DNA of 32,000 bases, taken from contig ACYB01000038.1 of NCBI GenBank assembly GCA_000175855.1, positions 30,001-62,000 of the forward strand. The letters run 5' to 3'. Under the pieces are notes generated by a model. That model was given only the letters and a program-made list of their open reading frames with translations. It was not told the origin of the DNA and ran no database searches. Source of the stretch: Raphidiopsis brookii D9 (GTDB taxonomy: Bacteria; Cyanobacteriota; Cyanobacteriia; Cyanobacteriales; Nostocaceae). This document shows, piece after piece, positions 1-10,679 of this stretch. The translations under genes and the position numbers were made by a program. How positions within the stretch are numbered: the stretch's first letter is position 1; each line of letters begins with the position of its first letter.

Positions 1-55
1 TTATCTGGACAAATAACTGGTGTTTCCGTACTAAAGTAATAGAAAACTTAAACAG

Positions 56-835
56 GTGATCACCTTGCACTCAACGAGAAACATACAACAATGGTGGATT
101 TTTCGCTGTTTGTCCACAGCATTGCTATTTGGTCAGATTTCCCTGCATATAATTCAAGGAAAAACCTATTATCGGAAAATTCTTGACCATGCACTAAAAG
201 TAGGACCGGGTTCCCTCTCCCCGGTTTTGTTAGTAAGTGGTTTTGCGGGAATGATTTTCACGATTCAAACAGCTAGAGAACTAGTCAGATTTGGTGCAGT
301 CGATAATCTTGGAGGCGCCTTTGCAGTAGCATTCTGTCGAGAACTGGCTCCACTTTTAACCGCTAGTGTTATTGCTGGACAAGCAGGATCAGCATTTGCA
401 GCAGAAATAGGAGCTATGCAGGTAACTGAACAAATTGATGCGCTCTACTTACTCAAAACCGATCCAATTGATTATTTAGTCTTACCCAGAGTGATTGCTT
501 GCGGTTTGATGATGCCAGTAATGATGATTTTTGCACTAATTATTGGTGTCAGTGGTGGAATCTTTGCTGGGTTGGAATTTTATCAGATTCAACCGGAAAA
601 CTTTTTAGAATCAGTGCGAGATTTTTTAACTCCGGGAGACATGATGATGATAATCATCAAAGGTGTGATTTTTGGAATAATAGTTGCTGTGAATGGATGT
701 AGTTGGGGACTAACCACTAGGGGAGGTGCTAAGGAGGTTGGCGAATCCGCAACTACAGCGGTAGTAACCACTTGGGTAGTGCTTTTTATTACAGATTTTT
801 TATTGGCTCTACCAGGGATTACAGTGGGTATTTAG
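56..835 (+). CDS. MlaE family ABC transporter permease (lipid/organic solvent type)
   Basis: GTG-start ORF, 259 aa. Contains VGPGSLSPVLLVSGFAGMIFTIQTARELVRFGA..., ELAPLLTASVIAGQAGSAFAAEIGAMQVTEQIDAL, and DPIDYLVLPRV, typical of MlaE/Ycf63 permeases. Confidence 0.9.
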   Translation: MITLHSTRNIQQWWIFRCLSTALLFGQISLHIIQGKTYYRKILDHALKVGPGSLSPVLLVSGFAGMIFTIQTARELVRFGAVDNLGGAFAVAFCRELAPLLTASVIAGQAGSAFAAEIGAMQVTEQIDALYLLKTDPIDYLVLPRVIACGLMMPVMMIFALIIGVSGGIFAGLEFYQIQPENFLESVRDFLTPGDMMMIIIKGVIFGIIVAVNGCSWGLTTRGGAKEVGESATTAVVTTWVVLFITDFLLALPGITVGI

Positions 836-1017
836 ATTAGATATAGTTAATAGTCCCTTTAACATAAGTTGTCCTGTATTTAAACAGCTTATTCACCAAA
901 AATTCTCCGGTCACTTGGATCAATTTGGCTTTTTGTTTTATTATAACCTTACCATTAACTTCAGTGCATTTACTGTAGAAATAGCCGCTCAAACCAAGGT
1001 AACTTGATACACTAAAA

Positions 1018-2568
1018 ATGAAAATGATTAACACAAGTGTTTTCTTTTTAAAAACATCCTTCTTACTCTGTAGTTTAGTTTGTTTACTCCCCAATTTAGT
1101 CAAAGCTCAAGATGTTCCTAGTCAACAAGACTTACCAAAAGTTAATCCCGATATACAGTTGTTATTAAGTCAACCTAATCAAGACATACCTTTAAAACTA
1201 GTTGATGCGGTTTATCTGGCTTTACAAAATAATCGAGATGTAAAAATAGCCTATCTGCAGCGTATTGTAGATAAGGCGCGGTTATCTGAATCTGAGTCCA
1301 TATTTAGCCCCACTGTGCGACCCCAGCTATCTTTAAATCTGAATGCGAGGGAACCATTAGACTCAAACTCTACAAAAACAGATATAGGGACCGACACAAC
1401 CGCTGGTGTTGGTGCTGGTATCAGTTTGAAACTGCCCACTGGTGCTTCTTTGAATTTAGGATGGAATGGAGCAAATGTATGGGAGGGTAAGTATAGCAAA
1501 GATTCCTCCAGTTATTTATTCGTAAAAGATCCAAATATTCTCCGTCAAGATGTTAGTTTTAGTATTAGTCAACCTTTGTTGAAAAATTTTGGTGTGTATT
1601 TAAATACTTTAAATCTTAGAAGAGCTAGACTGACAGAAAGCACTAATATCTTGAATTTTAGAAATTCTATTGCCCAAACAATTACAAATTCAGTAGTCAC
1701 CTACAGAAATCTCTTGTTAGCACAGGAAAGATTAAAAATTGAGGAGGATTCTTTCGCTAGCGCTAAAGAGGAACTTGAGAAGTCGCAAGTCCTATTTGCA
1801 GAGGGTAAAATTACCAGAAATGATTTGATTCAACGTCAGGCCGATATTGCCCAAAAAGAATTTAACTTAGTTAATGTAAAAACAAATTTAACTGAAGCGA
1901 TTGCTAGCCTAACCAAACTTACAGACCTACCTTTGAAAATGCTAATTGCTATAGAAAAACCTCTTCCCCCAGACAATTTAAATTTGCCAACTTTTGAGGA
2001 AATGATCAAATTGGCTGAGGATAATAATATCAGATATCTTTTTGCTGTTAATGCTGTAGAAAATGCCAAGCTCTCCTTAGCAGAGGCTAAAAATCAGCAA
2101 AGTTTAGACCTTACATTGAATCTGAGTTATGGGTTTAAGAGTTTTTCCTATCAGCGGGACTCAGGTAATTTTTCATCATCTTTGGTGTTAAGTCGTGAGT
2201 TTGGTAATCTTTCTCAAGATAATGCCGTACTCAAAAGTGAAGTGAATTTACAACAAGCTGAATTCTCTTTAACAAATACTAGGGTAGATATTAATGAGCA
2301 GCTAAGGAATAGGATTCGTAATGTTAGGGATAGTTTTACACAAATTCAGTTATCCAAACAGGCAACTAATTTAGCGCAGTTAAGACTGAATAGTGCCAGG
2401 GAAAAAATCAAGTCAGGTGACAATGTTTCCACGACGGATATTATTAATTTTGAAAAAGGTTTAGTTGACGCCAAAAATCAAGAATTGAATGTGACTATAA
2501 GTCATCTGAACAGTATGACTCAACTAGAAGAGTTTTTGGGAATGACGCTAAATAAATGGCTTAAATAG
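1018..2568 (+). CDS. TolC family outer membrane protein
   Basis: 516 aa with N-terminal signal peptide. Repeated helical segments (LYLALQNNRDVKIAYLQ, LLLAQERLKIEEDSFASAKEELEKSQVLFAEGKITRNDLIQRQADIAQ), typical of outer membrane efflux proteins. Confidence 0.88.
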   Translation: MKMINTSVFFLKTSFLLCSLVCLLPNLVKAQDVPSQQDLPKVNPDIQLLLSQPNQDIPLKLVDAVYLALQNNRDVKIAYLQRIVDKARLSESESIFSPTVRPQLSLNLNAREPLDSNSTKTDIGTDTTAGVGAGISLKLPTGASLNLGWNGANVWEGKYSKDSSSYLFVKDPNILRQDVSFSISQPLLKNFGVYLNTLNLRRARLTESTNILNFRNSIAQTITNSVVTYRNLLLAQERLKIEEDSFASAKEELEKSQVLFAEGKITRNDLIQRQADIAQKEFNLVNVKTNLTEAIASLTKLTDLPLKMLIAIEKPLPPDNLNLPTFEEMIKLAEDNNIRYLFAVNAVENAKLSLAEAKNQQSLDLTLNLSYGFKSFSYQRDSGNFSSSLVLSREFGNLSQDNAVLKSEVNLQQAEFSLTNTRVDINEQLRNRIRNVRDSFTQIQLSKQATNLAQLRLNSAREKIKSGDNVSTTDIINFEKGLVDAKNQELNVTISHLNSMTQLEEFLGMTLNKWLK

Positions 2569-2627
2569 CAATAAACGGTACTATTTAGCTTTATAGCTGG
2601 ATTTAAATTACAGTGACTAACACCACT

Positions 2628-2668
2628 GTCCAAAATTGTCTACCCATAGATAATTTTGGACAACTTTT
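2628..2668 (+). terminator. Putative rho-independent terminator after the TolC-family gene
   Basis: GTCCAAAATT (2628-2637) / AATTTTGGAC (2652-2661), perfect 10-bp arms, followed by AACTTTTT. Confidence 0.65.
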
Positions 2669-2769
2669 TGGAGGGGGAATAACGGTCAATGGTTAACAGT
2701 AATGACAAAGAGAATAGTTTAGGGTGGAGAGTGTATGCTGAAAGGAAGAGAAACTAATATGATAAAGCC

Positions 2770-3486
2770 ATGAACAAAAGGGTAGAAATTTTACCGGATC
2801 TGCAAGGTTTGGTAGCACGGGCTCAGGATGCAATATTATCCAGTTTGGCAACTGCTATTCAAGAACGAGGACAATTTACTATTGCTTTGTCTGGTGGTAG
2901 TACACCAAAACCTTTATATGAAGCAATAGGCTCTTTGAATCTAGACTGGGATAAAATTCATGTTTTTTGGGGTGATGAACGTTATGTACCATCCAATCAC
3001 CCTGATAGTAATGAATTAATGGCGCGTATTACCTGGTTAAATAGGGTTCCCATTCCACAGACTAATATTCACGCCATACCTACCTTATCTGGCAATCCAG
3101 TCGCAGATGCTAATAGGTATGAACAGCATCTACAAGAATTTTTCCATTGCTCACGGGGAACCTTTCCTTCCTTGGATGTGGTTCTCCTGGGTATGGGTGA
3201 TGATGCACACACCGCCTCCCTCTTTCCTCATACGGAAGCTCTACAAGTGCGCGATCGCCTGATTACTGTGGGCAATAAGGACGGTAATCCACGTATTACC
3301 TTCACCTATCCCCTAATTAATGCTGCCAGAAGTGTGATCTTTTTAGCTGCTGGTGCTAATAAAAGACCTGCCTTGTCCCAGGTATTTGCTGAAGTAGCGG
3401 ATGATTTTACCTATCCATCTCGCTTGATTAAACCTCAAGGCGAATTATTATGGCTATTAGATGCAGCTGCTGGTTCACAACTCTGA
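2770..3486 (+). CDS. pgl: 6-phosphogluconolactonase
   Basis: 238 aa with FTIALSGGSTPKPLYEAI, VFWGDERYVPSNHPDSN, LDVVLLGMGDDAHTASLFPHT, the classic Pgl motifs. Confidence 0.96.
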   Translation: MNKRVEILPDLQGLVARAQDAILSSLATAIQERGQFTIALSGGSTPKPLYEAIGSLNLDWDKIHVFWGDERYVPSNHPDSNELMARITWLNRVPIPQTNIHAIPTLSGNPVADANRYEQHLQEFFHCSRGTFPSLDVVLLGMGDDAHTASLFPHTEALQVRDRLITVGNKDGNPRITFTYPLINAARSVIFLAAGANKRPALSQVFAEVADDFTYPSRLIKPQGELLWLLDAAAGSQL

Positions 3487-3532
3487 TTCCCTATCTTAAC
3501 TATTGTCTTTACAGTGACAAAGGCTTAAATTT

Positions 3533-4165
3533 ATGATCATTTGTCCAAACTGCAATCATCCTAATCCAGACGCTGCTGTTCAGTGTGAAGCTTGCTACAC
3601 ACCATTGCCAAATACCATTACCTGTCCAAGTTGTGGCGCTAATGTACAGGCTGATGCTGCTTTTTGCGGTCAATGTGGTTATAACTTGGTATCCACCCCC
3701 ATAGAGGTACCACCTTTAGTTACTCCTGATCCCTTAGAAATCAGTACCCAGTCCCCTTGCAGTGTGCCACCTACCTTAGTGAGCACAGCACCAGATCCCG
3801 GACCACCGGTAAAAGTATTAAAGACTCAATTACAACAGGTGGTAGGGCGATTATTTCACCTCCAGGGTAACCAGGAAGTTGAATTACCTCAAAATCTATC
3901 TGTAATTCATATTGGTAAGCCCAATGATCGGATCCCCCCAGATATTGATGTGGCTGGATTTTCCAACTCAGAAATCGTTTCCCGAATTCACGCCGATATT
4001 CGGGTTGAGGGAGATGCTTATTATATAGAAGATGTAGGTAGTTCCAATGGCACTTATATTAATAATTTGCCATTGTTACCAGGAAATCGACACCGTCTTC
4101 GTCCAGGCGATCGCATTAGTTTAGGTAAAGGAGATTTAGTAACCTTCTTATTTCAACTCTCGTAA
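3533..4165 (+). CDS. Double zinc ribbon plus FHA domain protein
   Basis: N-terminal CPNCNHPNPDAAVQCEAC and CPSCGANVQADAAFCGQCG zinc ribbons. C-terminal FHA signature SRIHADIRVEGDAYYIEDVGSSNGTYINN. Confidence 0.9.
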   Translation: MIICPNCNHPNPDAAVQCEACYTPLPNTITCPSCGANVQADAAFCGQCGYNLVSTPIEVPPLVTPDPLEISTQSPCSVPPTLVSTAPDPGPPVKVLKTQLQQVVGRLFHLQGNQEVELPQNLSVIHIGKPNDRIPPDIDVAGFSNSEIVSRIHADIRVEGDAYYIEDVGSSNGTYINNLPLLPGNRHRLRPGDRISLGKGDLVTFLFQLS

Positions 4166-4319
4166 AATAGAGAAAAGTTTAGGCTATGGTCGATCTGTTT
4201 TTGATTGATTTATAGCCCAGCTGTAAGGTAGGCGAGCCCGTCTCCACAAAACAGCAAGCAATTGACGTTGTTTGACCTTGTTTAACTACGTTATTTGTGT
4301 ATCCCTTGGATAATTTCCG

Positions 4320-5057
4320 ATGAAAGAACTAAAGAACTTGTCAACTTTCCTCCAATCTTCAAACATCGATCCCACAGGTTTAAGCTGGTTATTGGGAGCA
4401 GCAGTCACCACTGCTATTTTGTGGCAATTACCAATGGGAGACTATATTTTATATCCCTTCACCATACTAGCAACCTGGTTTCATGAAATCACTCATGGGT
4501 TGATGTCAATTATTTTAGGAGGCAATTTTCGTGAGTTACAAATTTTTAGCAATGGCTCTGGAGTAGCGATTTACACCATACCCTCATCTTTTATTCCTCT
4601 TGTTCCCGCTCTGATTGCAGCTGCAGGTCCCATGGGTCCACCTATAGCTGGTGCAGGGTTAATCATGTCTTCTCGCAGCTTTAACGGTGCATCATTTAGC
4701 CTAAAAATTTTAGGTGTTGCTCTGTTGTTTTCTAGTTTAGTTTGGGTACGCTCATGGTTTGGTTTGATCACAGTACCACTGTTGGGACTGGTGGTTTTGT
4801 GGATCTCATTAGTAACTAGCAAATGGGTACAGATTTTTACCGTCAAATTCTTGGGCATGCAGGCCTGTATAAGTACGTATCATCAATTGGACTATTTGTT
4901 TAGTTATAATGCTGGGTCTTTAGGAATTTCGGATACGGGACAAATGCAAAAATATTTGCTTTTACCCTATTGGTTCTGGGGTGGTTTAATAGCAGTAGCT
5001 TCCTTTGCTATCATGGCACAAAGTTTAATAATTACCTACCGGAAGAAAAACCATTGA
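4320..5057 (+). CDS. M50 family metallopeptidase-like membrane protein
   Basis: 245 aa membrane protein with WFHEITHGLMSIILGG (HExxH). Confidence 0.8.
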   Translation: MKELKNLSTFLQSSNIDPTGLSWLLGAAVTTAILWQLPMGDYILYPFTILATWFHEITHGLMSIILGGNFRELQIFSNGSGVAIYTIPSSFIPLVPALIAAAGPMGPPIAGAGLIMSSRSFNGASFSLKILGVALLFSSLVWVRSWFGLITVPLLGLVVLWISLVTSKWVQIFTVKFLGMQACISTYHQLDYLFSYNAGSLGISDTGQMQKYLLLPYWFWGGLIAVASFAIMAQSLIITYRKKNH

Positions 5058-5072
5058 CCTTAATTGATAAAA

Positions 5073-8000
5073 TCAGTTAACCGAAACCAAGGGGCCCAGT
5101 TGCAGAAATTTATCTTGAGCTGATCTAGTTTTGAGATGATAGAGTTGCCAATGATCCCGTTGTTGCCAAATGGCAAATATTTCCTCTCTTCCATCCTTGA
5201 GCATGTCAAAATTAATTTGATAAACCTGATTTATTCGACGTAATTTTAAACCCAATAAACCCAGCAACAGATTGAGTATTTTAATTCCAGAAATAGATTG
5301 TGGTTTTTTAGAAATATCCACACCCAAAGCACGGTTGATATGTTGACTACTCTGAATTGCCACATTTTTCAGCCAAATAATATCATTATCATTTTCTTCG
5401 AATACCCTATCTTGTGATAAAAACTGACACATTCCCAAAGCTCGCAAGGCTTCCACCTTGAGAGTATAGGTTTTTAAATCCGGTAGAAAAACCTTTCCTT
5501 CGCCCCAAAATAACTGTTGTTTCCATTCCTGTTGATCTTTGATGTGAAAATAGTGACTTTCATGAGTCAAATAATAGTGAGTCAATAATTGGGAATAATA
5601 TCCCTGATCATCTCGCATTTTCAACCAAGTGGTCACAGGTACTCCATATCTTGTGTAGAGAATATATTTATGAATTGCATAGCGTTGTTCATCGGTGAGA
5701 GAATGTTTAGTTAGTAGTTGTTGATATTGAACATAGTCAATATTTTTAGCCCCCACCACAGCTTGGGCAATCATCAATTGATTGTGCTCCTTAATTTCTT
5801 TGATATTGCGTTTAATATGCTGAGACTGTTGACGAGTTTGTTCCCAATCCTTTTGAACTTGAACAATTTCTAAAATCAATCTAGTTCGGGTGGCTAGATC
5901 ATTCACAGGAGTTTTTAAAAACGCCGAGCGCAACCCACGAATAATACTATTATAGTCTGTATTATTCCCTATGGTGACTTTGTGACCTTCAGCAATTAAT
6001 CCCTCTTGTAAAGATTGTCGATAAAAGGTAATGGAACTATTGACCCTAGCAGATAGTTTTGCCCAAGTACGTAAATGAATAGGATCATAAACTGCGGGTA
6101 AATCAACATCTATTTTATGTAAAGGACTCAATAAAGCCAAATTTTCTTTTTGATTTTCTTGGTACCAATCAGATAGTAGCTGGTAATTGGTACTACCACT
6201 ACCAATCAAACCTATACCGCGTTTAGCACACCAAACAAAACGGGGAACTGAATCACGCACCCTAGCTAGTGCTTGACGTGCTTCCGAGTCCGGAATGACC
6301 CCCTGAAAAATACCGTAAACTCGGTCAAAATGTTGGACATCAATACTAATTCCCGTTCCTAAACTAGGAGTGACAAATACCATATCATAATCAGTGATTT
6401 TTTCATTGATAGCACTCAGACATTCTATAGCTGGATGTGCGGGTGTATTGGTAGTTTGACTACTCACCACTAAACTATGGGGAAATTGCCTTTTTAACTT
6501 ATACAAGCGATTCTGGAGATAGTCTTCGATGGTTTCACAACTGTAACGTCCTGTGCGACTATCGGTTGTTACATAGCACTTCTTACCTGTGATTAAGTCT
6601 AGCTCCAGTTGATGGATTAAAGGTGTTGGGTTAGGTGAATCATAAAAAGTCACATCCCACCCACGTTTGGGTTTCCACTTATTCACAAGTACCCAAGGAG
6701 TGATTTTGTCTCCTGCTAATCCCTGAAGGTATTCCAGAGAAACATCTGATAAGTCAGCATCTTGAGCAATGACTAAACCCCCGTTTTCACTACCGTGGCT
6801 ATTAATTGTTGGAAAACGCTGAGTATCTTTATCCTCTTGTTTTTACATGTGTTACTATTGAGGAGATGCCATAAAGACTGTTCAACTTCATCTAAGATGA
6901 CTATAGCTCCTTGCCAATCTTGGGGATTGAGCTTCCACAAGGAATCAACACACAACCCAAAGGATTTGATAGGTGAGCAGCTAGATGGTGGTGACTGGTT
7001 TTCAGGGTGGATTCCCCACCTAATACCAATTTTTCACAGAGGAATTTTCCCAAAAGGATGCGATGGGTGATTAATAATATTGGTTGACAACGATTTTTAG
7101 CTTCCTCAACCACTGCTTGTAGTCTGGTGGTTTTACCTGTTCCCTTAGCGGATTTGACTCCCACTAAACCATTGGAGGGTAAACATATTCTATCTAAATA
7201 GCTTTGGTTGATGGTAACACTGGGAGTAACTGTCAGATCTATATGGGGTTTAGTTTGGGCAATATAGACCTCTAGATCCATACTTTGATGATAAATTTGC
7301 TCAAACTCTTTTGCTCCCTTAGCAGTGATAAAATCATCCACACCTTTCTCTTTACCAGGAAGTTTGATGACTTTAACAGAGCAATTTTTCCGCTTAAGTA
7401 AATAGCCTAATTTAGAAATGGCATTATTAATCGCACTAACCTTCCGTGGCTGATTCTCAAAATCAAAACATATATAAAAACTCGGTTGTCTATTAGCGAA
7501 AACTTCCAGATCGGGAATGAGACAACGACGGGTAACTTTACCAAATTCATTTTTGATTACCCGATAACCACTGGTAATTCCAGGTATGCCAATTGCCACA
7601 TATCCTTGTGTTAATAAAGCTGCAGCTTTTTTAACACCTTCACAAATAATAATTGGTATGTTGGATTCTATTACCCATGGCCAAAAGCCCTGGGCTTCCC
7701 CGTCATCATTAATGGTAATGTCTTTTGGCATAGTAACATGATAACGTTGGGAAATTTGATGCCAAATTTCTTCAGTTACCCGCAAACAAAATACTCGCGT
7801 TGCTGTGCTGGGGGGATGTTCATATTTAATGGACTTGCCATTTTTGTTTCTTCGCGGTTGGGTGGGTTTAAAACATCCCCATTCCATTTTTTGCCAATTA
7901 TTTAGCGGGTCTACACCAGAACACCACCAACCACCAGCTGTAATGTGTTCATATCTCTCCAACCACCCGCTTTTAATTATCCCCATATTAGTGCGCGGTA

Positions 8001-8175
8001 AATTATTAGAGATTAATATATGTTGATAAGCATTCACACCCTGAAGGGAATGAAAATTTAATATTGCTAGGTGTAAATTTACACTACTACCATGTACTAG
8101 TTCTTCCAGGTGTTGGGAGTGCAAGTGATCTATAAACATGGGCAGATATACTATAAAGAACAGATTAAGGAACAA
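5073..8175 (-). pseudogene. CyRepA1-like cyanobacterial plasmid replication protein (DUF3854-type N-terminus plus helicase-like part), split by two 1-nt frameshifts
   Basis: ORFs 6901..8175, 6773..6955 and 5073..6686 (all -) are in successive frames. N-part has WWCSGVDPLNNWQKMEWGCFKPTQPR, IICEGVKKAAALLTQGY, GVKSAKGTGKTTRLQAVVEEAK and LLITHRILLGKFLCEK. The middle is GIRWGIHPENQSPPSSCSPIKSFGLCVDSLWKLNPQDWQGAIVILDEVEQSLWHLLNS...LIATVVKTG. The C-part is GGLVIAQDADLSDVSLEYLQGLAGDKITPW...KPKRGWDVTFY. One base restored in the A5 tract (7030-7034) and one in the G5 tract (6778-6782) gives a single reading frame. The exact start codon is uncertain. Confidence 0.82.
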
Positions 8176-8453
8176 TCAAGGAAATAAAACCTTAGCATGC
8201 ATCCTCTGATTCTACATCGAAAAATTACTGCCATTTTGGCAACTTTTTTCGTGCTTTTTTTTACGTTGTTTATGGAGACACCTGGGTTAATACAACAATC
8301 CTCTATTTTTCCGTCTGAATAGTGTAAATGGTATTTTTGTATTGTGATTTAGGTGCATGATTAATTTTTGTTTTTCAGTATATTTTTGTTTAGTTTATTT
8401 GCACTACATTTCTGGGGAAATTTATCCGAACCCATTTCCCCAGCTTGATGTCC

Positions 8454-9512
8454 CTACTCCTGATAATTGTTATTTATGATGGCATCTAATAGTATTCCCC
8501 CACCAAAGCGTATAGGATCTGTACAAGGTAAGCCAGTTTCAGATGCAGTTTGGGCGATCGCCTCTTCAGCAGCAACTTCATTCAGATCTTTCGTATTCAG
8601 AGCGATCGCCACCACAGGTACTCTAGCAAAAGCGCCAGCAGCACTAGCTACCATTTCATACATTTTAATTACATCCATGAGAGGAGGAATAGGAACATGA
8701 GGATTATTATGGTTATGAGTTTGTCCTGCACGATGGACTAGAATCAGATGGGTAGGTTGGGAACCACGAATCAAAGGCAAAGTTGCTGTTGAACCGGGGT
8801 GTAATAAGGAACCCTGACCTTCAATTTGAAGGATGTCATAGTATTGACCAAAACGCATGACCAACTGCTCCACAGCGCCAGCGGCAAAATCCACTCGGAC
8901 TGCATCCAGTGCTACTCCATCCCCTTCCAACATCAAACCAGTTTGACCAGTAGCTATAAATTTAGAACGAAGTCCCAGCAATTTTGCTGAATGATGTAAT
9001 TCCAGACTAGTAGACATTTTACCAATAGACATATCCGTACCCACTGTTAGTACACGACGACAGGGGAGGTTACATGCTAAACCAGAAGCAATTTGCAAAT
9101 TAGGTGGTTCCTTGCGCACATCCCAAATAGTCTTTCCTGGTTGTATGAGGGAGATTAAATCTGGTATGTTTGCTAGGGGTGTATGTAGCCCATTGACAAC
9201 AGACATTCCCGACTTCAATGCTTCCTTAATCTCACTCCAGTAATGATCAGGAAGAATGCCACCCTTTGGTGCAATACCAATAACTAAAACTTCTGGTTGA
9301 TAGGGTAAGGCTGCACTTACAGATGCCACAATTGGCACGCTTCTTTTAATTCCTGTTAACTCTAATATAGACTGACCTGGACATTCTCTATCTATAACTG
9401 CAACAATAGGTGAGCCACTATAGCGCAAAATGGAAAGACCTGTTTTACCATGGGATTTTGTTAGACCTTCATGTAAGAGAATAGCTATTTTTTGATTAAG
9501 TGGTAAGCGCAC
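8454..9512 (-). CDS. DUF1611 / DgcN-like protein (putative D-Glu N-acetyltransferase)
   Basis: 352 aa with PVLVIGIAPKGGILPDHYW, RVLTVGTDMSIGKMSTSLELHHSAKLLGLRSKFIATGQTG, IEGQGSLLHPG. Overlaps a DgcA-like epimerase gene. Confidence 0.82.
   Translation of the reverse strand: MRLPLNQKIAILLHEGLTKSHGKTGLSILRYSGSPIVAVIDRECPGQSILELTGIKRSVPIVASVSAALPYQPEVLVIGIAPKGGILPDHYWSEIKEALKSGMSVVNGLHTPLANIPDLISLIQPGKTIWDVRKEPPNLQIASGLACNLPCRRVLTVGTDMSIGKMSTSLELHHSAKLLGLRSKFIATGQTGLMLEGDGVALDAVRVDFAAGAVEQLVMRFGQYYDILQIEGQGSLLHPGSTATLPLIRGSQPTHLILVHRAGQTHNHNNPHVPIPPLMDVIKMYEMVASAAGAFARVPVVAIALNTKDLNEVAAEEAIAQTASETGLPCTDPIRFGGGILLDAIINNNYQE
8554..8561 (+). repeat. HIP1 octamer GCGATCGC (example)
   Basis: Exact octamer; another lies at 8602-8609 and more are scattered through the window, a cyanobacterial genome signature. 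Confidence 0.85.
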
Positions 9513-10548
9513 TATATTGTACTCCTAAACCTGGTAAACTATTAGGTATAATTCGTCCTTCTGTGACGGATGCACCAACAAAAGGATCATTGATTAAATT
9601 TAAATGACTGTCTAGGTCCAAATAGTCTGCTAATGGTGCTATGTGAGAAGCTGCGGTATTAGCTAGGGAACTATCGGAATAGCAGCCAAACATTACTTGT
9701 AAGTTATGTGCTTTAGCAGTATTTAGCATTCTCCAAGCCTCCCTTAACCCTCCTGATTTCATCAGTTTAATATTAATTCCATCCACATAATCAGCCAACG
9801 GGGGAATATCAGTGCTAGTGAAGCAACTTTCATCAACAAAAATGGGCAGCGGTGATTGTTTTTTCAAAGATGCTAATTTCTCCTCCTCACCTTTAGGTAA
9901 TGGTTGTTCGAGATATTTAACCCCTAAATCGGCCAGCCAATGGGACATAGCAATTGCATCTGCTAAACTCCAACCCCCATTCGCATCCACAAATAAATCC
10001 ACTTTAGGTGCAGCGTCTTTAACTGCCAATATCATTTTTTTATCCGCATCTATTCCCTCCTTTGCTCCTAACTTAACTTTTAGTAGTTGCACATCCATAT
10101 AATCCAACCATTCCCTCGCTCTAGTTGCAGCACCCTGTGGTGAGTTAATACCAATAGTAACAGAAGTTGGTACTATGGTATTTATATTAAGTCCCCAAAG
10201 TTGCCACAATGGTAAACCCACATTCTTACCCATCCAGTCGTGTAGTGCCATATCTATAGCAGTCTTAGCCGCAGAGGGAATTTGATGTTGTGTTAAAATA
10301 TTACTAATATCATCCCGCTGCCAAGGACTATAGGATTCTAGCACAGCAGACATTTCTTGCAAAGACTGGAAAATTACATCAGTGGTTTCTCGGTAACTTC
10401 CTACACTAAATGGAGATGCTTCTCCCCATCCTTCAATACCGCCTTCCATGATCTTAACCCAGATGTTTGTGGTTTGTGCGGTTGTTCCCCTACTAATTGT
10501 TAGGGCAAACCTCTTATTTACAGTAAAGGTGCTAAATTGTAGTTTCAT
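9496..10548 (-). CDS. Enolase-superfamily dipeptide epimerase / DgcA-like racemase
   Basis: 350 aa with LLKVKLGAKEGIDADKKMI, VDANGGWSLADA, YLEQPLPKGEEE, PIFVDESC, GINIKLMKSGGLREA, which are muconate-lactonizing subgroup motifs. Confidence 0.88.
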   Translation of the reverse strand: MKLQFSTFTVNKRFALTISRGTTAQTTNIWVKIMEGGIEGWGEASPFSVGSYRETTDVIFQSLQEMSAVLESYSPWQRDDISNILTQHQIPSAAKTAIDMALHDWMGKNVGLPLWQLWGLNINTIVPTSVTIGINSPQGAATRAREWLDYMDVQLLKVKLGAKEGIDADKKMILAVKDAAPKVDLFVDANGGWSLADAIAMSHWLADLGVKYLEQPLPKGEEEKLASLKKQSPLPIFVDESCFTSTDIPPLADYVDGINIKLMKSGGLREAWRMLNTAKAHNLQVMFGCYSDSSLANTAASHIAPLADYLDLDSHLNLINDPFVGASVTEGRIIPNSLPGLGVQYSALTT

Positions 10549-10679
10549 TTTTATTATTACTTTTATTCCTTTGTCATTTTATGCAAAAAAGTTTTTAATT
10601 TTACCATATCAGTGAGTTGTTGCTAAAGCTCCCATAGCTCCACCCCAAATCACCGCTTCTTAGGGAATATTGAAGAATA

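Noticed and set aside
837-1103. 88-aa minus-strand ORF (MTKLGSKQTKLQSKKDVFKK...) between the permease and TolC genes
   Set aside because: Its start overlaps the well-supported TolC-family gene and there is no recognisable family; a short exported protein starting inside it cannot be excluded.
6795-7070. 91-aa plus-strand ORF across the CyRepA1-like gene
   Set aside because: Antisense of the frameshifted replication gene; translation has no family features.
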